55,270 nt of DNA from Scenedesmus sp. PABB004 (taxonomy: Eukaryota): assembly GCA_014905635.1 (NCBI GenBank), contig JABVCE010000020.1, forward strand, positions 682,001-737,270. Direction: 5' to 3'. Below the pieces are notes generated by a model. It did no database searches. It had not been told where the DNA came from and saw nothing but the letters and a program-made list of their open reading frames with translations. Positions 37,864-52,775 of the stretch are shown one piece after another (positions within the stretch are counted from its first letter, which is position 1; each line of letters begins with the position of its first letter). Position numbers and translations under genes: made by a program.

Positions 37864-40650
37864 GCAGGGAGCGTGGGTGGGACATCGACGTCGTCGTGCC
37901 CGTGCCGGACGGCTCGCGCCCCGCCGCAATCGAGGTGCGCGCGCGCTCGGCGGCGCGGCTCCGGCGCGGCGCAGCGGGCCGCGCGCGGCGCGCGGCGCGC
38001 GGCGCGCGGCTCCGGCGCGGCGCGGGCCGCAGGGGCTGCTGGGCCTCGCCCGGCGCACGCCTGCTGCCGCGCCGCGCCGCGCGCCAGCCCCTCAGGGCAA
38101 ACCGGACCCCTCGCCGCCGAGCCCCCCCTCCCCCAAAACCCGCCCCTGCCCCTCCCAACCCCTCCTAAACCCTGAAACCCTGCCCTGCAGGTGTCGCACG
38201 AGCTCGCGCTGCCGTACCGCGAGGGCCTCGTCAAGAACCGCTACGTCGGCCGCACCTTCATCATGCCCGACCAGGTGACTTAACCCCGGGGTCCACAGGG
38301 TTTAGGGGGTTGAGGGCGGCGCCAGGGTTTAGGGGTTGAGGAGCTGCGGGGGCGGCGCGCGGCGTGCGTTGCGAGGGGGGGGTCTGGCCCAGGCACTCGC
38401 ACTGCAAGGGCTCTAAACCTTAGAGCGCCGTGGGGCGGTTCTGGTGCAGCGACTAGCTCTTTTGTCTTGCGGCCACGTGAAGCCTCAAGTGCCAGTCGCT
38501 GGGCCAGGACTGTCCCACGGCACTGCAAGCCTTCAGGCGCGAGTGCGCGCTGACCATGGCCAAGACGGCGCCCTGGTCCGGGCACTCGCACTCGAAGGCT
38601 TGAAGGCTTGAGCGCCAGGGGGCAGGCCGCGCGGACCGCGCGCGCGCACACACCCGCCGGCGCGCCGCCCACATGGGAGCTCTCGTCTAGCGTGTTGGAG
38701 TCGCCAACCCGCTGGACCAGGGCTCCCCTCGTGGGCGGCTCGCCGGCTGGGGCCGCGCCCACCCGCGGCGTGCGAGCCCCTGCCACCCCGCCAACCCCGC
38801 CAACCCCTCACCCCCAGCGCCCCGCCCTGGACCCCCGCCCCAAAACCCTGCCCCCCTAAACCCCCGCACCCCGCCCCTAGACCCCGCCGCGCCCGCCCTT
38901 AAACCCCGCCGCGCCCTTAAACCCCCGCCCGCCGCAGCGCATGCGCGAGATGAGCGTGCGGCGCAAGCTCAACGCGATGCCCGCCGTGTTTGAGGGCAAG
39001 GCGGTGCTGCTGATCGACGACTCGATCGTGCGCGGGACGACGATGGCGCAGATCGTAGACATGGTCCGCCGCGCGGGCGCCAAGAAGGTGCGGCCTGGGG
39101 GTTGGACCCGTCGCGGGGTTCAGGGGGCGCGCGGGGCGGGGCTGTCGTGCCGGGGCGCCGGCGCGGGGCGGGGGGCGGCGCGCGGCGGCGGGGCGCGCGC
39201 GCTGCCCCTCCCCACCCCTCGCCCCTCCCACGCCCCCCCTCCGCCCTCCCCGCCCGACCCCGCTAAACCCCGTGCCCCGCGCGCCGCTAAACCCCGCTAA
39301 ACCCCGCTGCACCCCGCAGGTGTACCTCGCGAGCAGCGCGCCGCCGGTGCGCTTCCCCAACGTGTACGGCGTGGACATGCCCAACCGCAAGGAGTTTGTG
39401 GCGGACGGCCTCACCGAGGAGCAGGTGGGGCTCAGGGCTGAGGGCTCATGGTTTAGGGTTTAGGGTTGAGAGGGCTGAGGGCTCAAGGCGGGCGCTGCGG
39501 GGGGTTGTTGTTGGTCGGGGCGGTGAGGGCCGACGGCTGGTTGCGGGCGGCGACGGGCGCGGCACGCGCGGGGCTCGGGGCTCGCATGGCTGTGCTTGGC
39601 CGCTGGCCAGGCACAACCTTGAGCCCCGAGCCCCGCCCGTGCCGGCGCCCGCGCCCCCGGGGCGGCGACCGCCGCGGCCCGCGCGCGCCGCGCGCGCCCC
39701 GCGGCGCCGCTGCCTGCCGCGCGCGCGCGACGCCCCCAGGGGCTGCAGGCGGCGCGGGGCTCGGGGGTCCGGGTCTTGGGGTGTGTGGGGTAGAGCCCGC
39801 CAACCCCAAAACCCTGACCCCCGAGCCCCGCGCCGCCGCCGACGCCCGCGCGCCCGGCCGGGGAACGGCGGCTCGGGGGCCGACCGCGGCGCGGGGGAGC
39901 GCGGCGGGCGGGGGAGGTCGCGTCGGGGGCGGCAGCGCGGGGCTCGGGGGTCCGGGTCTTGGGGTGCGCTAGGCAGAGCCCGCCAACCCCAAAACCCTGA
40001 GCCCCGAGCCCCGTGCCGCTGCCCAGACCCGCGCCCCGGCCGGGGATGGGGCCGCCGGCCGCGCGCCCCCGCCGCGCGCCCCCGCCCCCTACACAACCCC
40101 TCCCCGCCCCGCACCCCCGCCCCTCTTCACGCCCGCGCCCCGCCGCTAAACCCCGCGCCCCGCCCCACCCCGCAAAACCCCGCAAAACCCCGCCAGGTGT
40201 GCGAGGTGCTGCGCGCGGACGGGCTGGTGTATCAGGACGTGGACGACCTGCTCGCCGTGGGCGCGGAGCTAAACCCCAGCATCACCCGGTTTGACGCCGC
40301 CTGCTTCGACGGGCACTACGTCACCGGTGCGCGGCGGCGGCGGCGGCGGCGACGGCGGTTGCTGCGCCCGCTGCGCCCGCTGCGGCGGTGCTGGCGCTGC
40401 TGCGCCCGCTGCGGCTGCTGCGCCCGCCGCGGCTGCTGTGTGCGTGTGTGCGTGTGTGCGTGCGTGCGTGCGTGGCGACGACGGGTTGAGGGGCTGCGCG
40501 GGCGACTGACCCCCTCCGCTCCGGCTCCTCCCCCCCCCCCCCAAACCAGGCGACGTGGACGCGGCGTACCTGGAGGAGCTGGAGAGCAGCGGCCGCGGCG
40601 CCAAGCGCACGCGCGCGGGGCGCAAGACGAGCCTCGTCGGCGCGCGCTGA
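34006..40650 (+). CDS. purF: Amidophosphoribosyltransferase with an N-terminal transit peptide
   Basis: [101 protein letters not shown] and YGVDMP. Confidence 0.97.
36481..36921. repeat. Intronic tandem array of ~180-190-bp units, each with a ~70-nt hairpin
   Basis: gggcgccgggcgcgct...agcgcgcccggcgccc at 36481-36551, 36669-36741 and 36851-36921; the two spacers are also similar to each other. Confidence 0.88.
39560..40022. repeat. Intronic array of three related hairpins, ~185-bp period
   Basis: ggggctcggg...cccgagcccc arms at ~39570, ~39756 and ~39939. The middle one pairs 32 of 34 bp. Confidence 0.88.
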
Positions 40651-41199
40651 GGCCCAGCCAAGGATGACGAGGGGGGGGGGGGGGGGGCCACAGCCGCAGC
40701 TGCCCGCGCGCGTGGGGGCTGGCGCGGCGCGGCGCCGTGCGCGGGTGGGTCCTGTTTGAACGGCGGCGCCGGGAGCGGGCGGCCCCCGCCGGCGCCGGCG
40801 CGGCCGCCGGCGGGCGGGGGGCGCCGCGAACGGCCGCCGCCATGAGCGCCTGCGTGACGCGGCCGCTGCCTCGGCACACGGGGCGCGCCGCCGACGAGGG
40901 CCAGCGCCCACGGCGCGTGGGGCTGGCGCGGCCGCCGCCCCGCGCGCGGCAAGCGAGGGCCGCCCTTGCAGAGGGACGAGCGTGTGTGTGTGTGATCCGG
41001 CCCTCCCGGGCGACACGGCCAAGCACTGCACTGCCGCGCGACCCCGCCGCCACCATCCGCGCCCGCGGCGCGCGGGACACGCGGGCGCTGCGCCCCGCCC
41101 AGGGTTGTTTTTGGTTGAGGGGGTCTGGCGGCGGTGGTTTGGGGTGTGAACCGCAGCAGCGACCCGATCCAGTCCGAGGCTGCGCAGCGCAGCTGTCCG

Positions 41200-41204
41200 T
41201 TACA
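41200..41204 (-). promoter_or_regulatory. TGTAA poly(A) signal of SYP81
   Basis: TTACA on + about 130 bp beyond the stop. Confidence 0.6.
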
Positions 41205-41333
41205 CAGGCGGCCACCGGCGCCGCGCCCGTGTCGGCCGCGTTGCGCACGCGCGCTGCCCGGCCGGCGCCCCTGAATGCTCAGGGTTCGGACCCGTCTAAA
41301 CCCTGGACCCCGCGGCCGCCGCCGCCGCCGCGG

Positions 41334-42784
41334 TCAGCTGTTGAACCAGTCAAAGAAGAGCAGCAGCAGCGCCGCGGTGAGCAGCAGCACGAGCATGTAG
41401 CGCCGCCCGCTGCGGTTGACTGCGATCGTCCGCCGCAGCTGCGCGTTGCCCGCGGCCAGGTGCCCGCTCGCCTCGACCGCGTTTGAATACAGCGTTTCAA
41501 TTGCCTCTGCCTGCGCCATGACGGCGGTGGAGAGCATCTGATTGATGGTGCTGATCTCGCGCACCGTGCGCTCCACGCCGCGCGCCTGCGCGGCCGCGGT
41601 GCGCAGCTCCTCCTGCGGCGCCGCGGCAGCGGCGCGGCCGCTGCGCGTGAGGCGCGCGGCGCGCGGCGCAGCGCGCGCGAGCCCGCGACGGCGAGCGCGC
41701 GCGGCCGGCGGGCGCGGCGTGGCGCGCCCTCACCAGCAGCGCGCGCGTCGCGTCCTGCTGCTGCACCTGCTGCAGCCCGCCGCCGCCGCCGCCGCCGTCC
41801 GAGCTGCGCCGCAGCCGCTGCTGCTGTTCCTGCTCCTGCTGCTGCCAGGCGGGCTGCTGCGCTGCGTGCGCCTTGCGGCGCGCGCGCAGGTCGCGCGCGA
41901 GGGACTGCTGGTACCGTACTGCGCGGGCCTTGTCAAAGCCCCCGCCACGCGCTGCAGCTGCTCCACCAGCACCAGCACCTGCGGACGCGTGCCCGCCCGC
42001 GGCGGCGGCGGCGACGGCGGCCAGGCGGGGCCGCGTCGGTGGGGCCGCGCAGGCAGGCCCGCGGCGCCGGCAGGCCGGCGCGGCGGCGGCCGCGGCGGCA
42101 GCGCCGGCGCACCGCGCCATGAAGGTGCGCCGCGCTCTGCTGGTTGATGAGCGGCGGGCCGCCCCCGGGCGGGTCCTGCGCGGCGAGCACGCCGTCCTTG
42201 AGCGCGTCCAGGTGCGCCGTGATGCCCCGCACCGCGCCGCCGACGCGCTCCTCGACGGCGTCCTTCGCCGCCTCCGACAGCTTGCCTGCGCCGCCGCCAG
42301 GCGCGCGCGCAGGCGCGTCGGTCCGGCGCGGCCGCGGCCGCCCGGCAGCAAACGCCGTGCGCAGCTGCGCGGCCCGCTGCGCCGCGCCCGCCCGGCGCGT
42401 CCGCCGCGCCTGTGCTGAGGTAGTCTCGCTTGTTGGTCGCAATGAAATCCCGCAGCTCCGCGATGGACGCTGCCTGCGCCGGAAGCGGGCGCCCTCGCGC
42501 GCTGCGCGCGGGGCCGCGGGCGCGGCGCACGGGCCGCGGCCGGCGCGCGCCGCCGCACCACGCCCGCCGCCACGGTCGCAAACTGCGACCGCTCGCGCGC
42601 CGGCTTGAGCAGTATGGCCGCCTTGGCGCGCCGCGCGTCCTCCTGCGGGCGCGCGGCGCGGCGCTGGGCGGCGGCGGCGCGCGGCAGCGCAGCGGCGCCG
42701 TCGCCGCGGGCCTCTCACTGTGCTGAGCTCCAGCGCCGCGCACGCCGCGTCCACCGCGCCCGCCCAGTCGGGAGTGCGGTCCAT
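41334..42784 (-). CDS. SYP81: Qa-SNARE syntaxin-18/SYP81
   Basis: N-terminal MDRT, LRDFIATNKRDYL, AHLHG..VLVL, SNARE motif VERTVREISTINQMLSTAVMAQ and a C-terminal TM segment ending LLFFDWFNS. One frameshift in a G run at ~41940. Confidence 0.9.
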
Positions 42785-43150
42785 GCGGGCGGGCGGGCGC
42801 TGCCGCCGCGGCGGCCGGCGGTTGCGGGGCGGCGCGGCGCGGCGGTGCGGCGCTGCTGCTGGCGCAGGGACCGACTCGGGCGGCTGGGCGGGCGTGCGGG
42901 GCGGGCGGGGCTGCGCGGTTAGGAGAGCGAGCGCGCAGGATGAGGAAAGCTGGATGCGGCGCGTGGGCGGCGCGGTTCAACGTTCGTGCGGCGCTGCTGC
43001 GGGCGCCCCGGTGCGCTGCGTGGGCGTGGCCGCGGCCGGCGCACTCCATTCAGCAGGAGAGCGATCGCACGTTCGTTCTTGCTCGGCCACCCGCAGCCGG
43101 GTTCCGGCTTTCTCTGCGCGGCGGCACCGGCCGCAGCGGCTGTGGCAGCG

Positions 43151-44682
43151 ATGCGGGGCCTGGCGCCGGCGCGGGCGCGCAGCGCGGTAGCGGCGCCGAC
43201 GTCGGCGCGCCTGCATGCAGCGCGTCCATGTGTCGGTCGCCGGCGGCGCGGCGGGCTCTGCGCCGCCGCCGGCGGTGGCGGCAGCAGCGGAGCGGCGCCT
43301 GCCCCCGCCACGGCGCTGCGCGAGTGGCACGACGTCGACGCCCCGCTGCTATGGCAGGCGCGGGCGGCGCTGGAGCCGCCTGGCCGCCTGGGGCGCCAGC
43401 CCGGGCGCCGCAGCAGGCGCGCGCGCCGCCCCTCGCGCAGCGGCGAGCGCTCGCCCGCGCACGCGGCGCGCCGCCGCTGCAGGGCGACGAGGACGCGGCG
43501 CTGTCGCCGGAGTCGCCGCTGGCCGCCCTGCCGGCGCCCTGGAAGGTGCAATGCGCGCTGGCGCGCCAGCTCGCTCGCTCGCGCTCTCTGCTCGCAGCGC
43601 CGCCGCGTGCGACGAGCGAACGAGGAGCTCCACCCCTCCTGTGACCGCCGCCGCCGCCGCCGCCCCGGCAGGTCATGTTGCTGAGTGATGGCTCCGTCAC
43701 GCGCCACCTGCAGCTGCTCACCGGGCAGCTGGTGTCTGTGGTGCGCGGCGCGGCGGGCTGGCGCGCTGCCCCGCACTCGCACTCACCGCGTGTTCCAGCC
43801 TGGCTTGTGGCTCATCGTGCTCCCTCCCTGCCCCGTCCACCGATCACCCGCAGGAGTGCCTCAGCATGGACCTTCTCAGCGGCGCGGCGGCGCGCCACGC
43901 GCCGCCGCCCAAGGCCGCCGCCATCCCAGGGCCGCTCGTGCAGCGCCAGGTGCGCGCCGCGCGTGCGCCGCCCCCTGCCCGCGCACGCGCCCGCGCTGCG
44001 CCCTCCCTCTCCCCCGAACCGCCGCGCGCCCGCGTGCCCGCCGCGCCGCGGCGCAGGTCGTGCTCTGGTCGGCGGGCGGCGCAGCGCCGCGCGCGCCGCT
44101 CGTGTACGCTGCGAGCTGGTGGGCGGCGGGCAGCGTGGACCGATACCTGGCCGACACGGCGCTGCCCATCTGGGTCAGCCTCGCGCGGGGCCACCTCGAG
44201 CTGTACCGAGAGATTCAAACGGTGCGCGGCGGCGGCGCGGCGGCTCACCACTGGGCCGCGGCGAGTCGGCGGGGCAGGGCGCCACGCCCGCGGCGCGGGG
44301 CCCCGCCGCGCGAAGTCCAACCCCGCGCCGCCGCCGCCGCCGCCGCCGCCGCGCGGCGCGGCCAGGTGTCGCTCGGGCACAGCGCGGAGCTCGAGGGCGC
44401 GCTGCGCTGCGCGGGGCCATTCTGGGGGCGGCAGTACCTTTTCTGGCACGACGGCGCGCCGCTGACGCTGATCCACGAGGTCTTCAGCAACGACCTCGCC
44501 GCGTGGCTCGGCCCGCAGGACCAGCAGCGGGCGGGGGCCGCCGCGGCGGCGGCGGCGGCCGCGCTGCTGCGCGCGCCGGCGGCCGCGGCGCTGGCCGCGG
44601 GCGCGGCGCAGCAGGCGCAGCAGGCGGAGCAGGCGCAGCAGGCGGAGCAGGCGCAGCAGCAGCAGCAGCAGGTGCAGGAGCA

Positions 44683-44728
<46 letters not shown>

Positions 44729-46352
44729 CAGCAGGAGCAGGAGCAGCAGCAGCAGCAGCAGCGGGTCCCGGAGCCGCAGCCGGCGCAGCAGAGGTCGGGG
44801 CAGCAGCCGGAGCAGCAGCAGCCCGCGTCGAGCGCCCTGGACCTGTGCTGCTTCACCGTGATCGTTGATGACATCGTGCTGCCCGGCGGCGCGACGGCGA
44901 TGGAGCAGCTCGGCGGCGGCGGCCCGCAGTCGTTGTTCGGCTTTGCCCTGGTCAGCGCCGCGCTGTCGCGCCCCGCGCGCGTCGGCCTGGCCGCGGGCGT
45001 CGGCGCCGACCTGCCGGGCAGCTGCCGGGTGAGGGCCGCGGCCGCATGTGCGCGGCAGCCGCCGCCGCGGCCGCCGCCGCTGCCGCAGCAGCGCTCGTGC
45101 GGCCGGTCTCCGGCCTGCAACCACCTCCGCCGCCCGCCCGCCCGCTGGCGCCGCCGCCAGGCCTGGCTGGACGCCCTGGGCGTCGACACGGCCGGCCTCG
45201 CCGTGGGGGAGCTCCCCACGCCGCGCGCGTGGCAGCTGTTCGAGCCGGACGGCCGGCGCACGCAGGTCCGGCCGCGCCGGCGCGGGCGCAGCCACGCGCG
45301 CCGCGCCCTGCGGCCGCCGACCACCGCCGCCGCCGAACCCCGCCGCCAAAGGTTTGGCGGGTGCCCGAGGGCGACGCGTTGTACGCGCAGCTGCGCCCTC
45401 CGTTTGAACGCCTGCCGCGTCAATTCAAACAGTCGGCCAACTACCACCTCGGCATCCACGCCGGCCACCCGCCGATGCGGCTGCTCACAGCGCTGCGCGA
45501 CGCGGCGCACGCGCGCGGCGGTGCGTGTGCAGCGCACGCGCGCGCGCGCGCGCGCGCGCCGCCGCAGCCGGCCCCGCCCTCCACGCCTGAACCGCGCCCG
45601 CGCTGAACCGCCACGCCGCCACGCCGCCCCCGGGGCCGCAGGGCTGCTGTCGGTCGAGCCCTACACCTCCTGCGAGGCGCCGCCGCGGCGCGAGGAGCTG
45701 CGCGAGCTGCTGGGCCTCGCTGACGTGTTCAGCCCAAACGAGGCAGAGGCGGCGAGGTGTGTGCGTGCGTGTGTGCGTGTGTGTGTGGGGGGGGGGGAGG
45801 CATGGTGCATGTGCCGCGCCCTGTTGGCGCGCGCTCCCGGCGCAGCCGACGTGCGCCGCGCGCCGCGCCGCGCCGCGCCGCGCCCGCAGCATCGTCGGGC
45901 CGGGCAGCCCCGAGGCGCTCGTCCAGCGGCTGATCAACGCGGGCGCGCGGCTGGTGCTGCTGCGCATGGGCGCCGCGGGCGTGCTGGCGGCGTGCGCGGC
46001 GAGCGGCGAGACCGCGCAGGTGCGTGCTGGCGGCGCGCGCGGCGCGGCTGCAGGCGCGCGCTGCGCCGCGCGGTCGCCGACGCGCCGCCGCCCCCCGCAG
46101 GTCCCCGCAGTGCCGGGCACGCGCGTCGTGGACGTCTGCGGCTGCGGCAACGCCGCGTGCGGCGGCTTTGTCGCGGCGCGCGCCGCCGGGCGCGGCCTCG
46201 CCGACGCGGCGGCCTGGGCGTGCGTCGCCGGCAGCGTCATGGCCGAGTGGCAGGGCTTGCCGCCCGCGCAGCTCGACGGCCTGCTGCCGGCCGCCGCGGC
46301 CAAGCGCGCGGCGCTCACGGCGGCGGCCGAGGGCCCCGCGAGCCGGCGCTGA
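43151..46352 (+). CDS. Fusion: transit peptide + Ycf21/DUF98 chorismate-lyase-like domain + polyQ linker + PfkB (ribokinase-family) domain
   Basis: WK|VMLLSDGSVTRHLQLLTG, LVYAASWW, PIWVSL..HLELYREI and FWGRQYLFWHDGAPLTLIHEVFS, then in the same exon IVDDIV..LGGGG. Later exons give DVFSPNEAEA, LRMGAAG and VVDVCGCGNA. Confidence 0.85.
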
Positions 46353-46589
46353 GCCCTGGTAACGCGGCGCGCTGACGCCGTGCGCCCCCAGCTGCGCTCC
46401 CGTGGCCGGCTCCGCACTCCACACTCACCACCGCGGCTCTCGACGTTCTCGGCCCCTCGCCGCGCGCGCCGGGCTTAGGTGGTGCCGTCGCCGCTGCTGT
46501 CGCCGCCGCCCCGCCTGAGCGCCGCTCCGACACAGCAGCAGCGCCGGGCGGCCGTGACAACAGGGCCCGGATCGGCGCGGCGGGCCGCC

Positions 46590-51660
<5,071 letters not shown>

Positions 51661-51946
51661 GAGCACGGCACCGCCACGGCGGCGCCGCGCTGGCGCGAGG
51701 GCGACGCCGCCGCGCTGGAAGTGAGGCCGGCGCCGCGCTGGGCGTGAGCCAGCGCCCTTCTGGAAGTGCGGACGGCGGCGGCCCACTGGGCGTGAGGCAG
51801 CAGACGGCGGCGCGCCGCCCGCGCTCCAGCACGCCGGCGCCGGCGCAGCGGGGCGCGCGGGCGCGTGTGCCCGCGCAGCGGCGGCGTCGCGGTGGTCGGC
51901 GCGCCGTGTCCGTTGCCTGCCTGCCCGCTCAGCGCGCGCGCGCGCC

Positions 51947-51951
51947 TGTAA
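51947..51951 (+). promoter_or_regulatory. TGTAA poly(A) signal of RPT6
   Basis: TGTAA about 290 bp after the stop. A convergent TGTAA on - at 52043-52047 would serve the neighbouring gene. Confidence 0.6.
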
Positions 51952-52775
51952 CACCACGGGAGCAGCCGGTGCGACCTGCAGCGCGGGCGGGGCGCCGGAC
52001 ACCAGCGGCGGCCGGGCGCGCGAGGCCGAGACAGTGCGGCCGTTACAACTGTTGGATGCAGACTTGGTCCGCCGCCGCCGCGTCGAGCGCCCCCCGTTTC
52101 TGCCCCGCTCCAAATGCAGCGCCCCCACACGCCCAGCTGTGCACCCCTCGTCATCGCCGCAGAGCGGAGCGCGCCCCCAGCAAATCACACGGGCAGCAGG
52201 CAAGCGGGGCCTCTCCATGTCGGCACTCCCCCGCCCGGTGATCACACCCCGGCTCGGGCGGCGCGCGTTCGCGCGTGCGCTCTCCAATTGCCTGTGGACA
52301 TACACGCCCACGTGGTGGGCCTGCGGCCGTCATGTGTGCTCGGGCCAGTCGGCCGGTCGGTCAGCCGCGGGCGGCGCGGGGGGGGGGGGGGGGGGGCGCG
52401 GCAGGGGGCGGCGCGCGCCATCGCCGGTGGAGGCGCCGCCGCCGGCGGGGGCCCAGGCGGGCCCGCCGCGCGGCGCGCGCGCGGACGGCGGCGCGGGGAG
52501 GGCGGCGCGACGCGGCGCCAGGTGGGACGGGCGGGCCCGCGCCCTGGCGCCGCGCCGCCGGGAGGGTGTCAGTGTGGTGCACCACGTGGGTAATAGTGGT
52601 CGTCGCGCCGGCGGCCCCTCGTCAGCACCACCGCTCCATGGTCCATTGGTCCATTAGCTAATAACAGCACATGCCCCCCTGACGATTGTGTGCGTGTGTC
52701 TGTGCAGCGAGGCGACCGCCCCCCGCCCCCCACGCCCGCCCGCCCTCGCCGCGCCCGCCGCGCGGGCGGCCGCGC

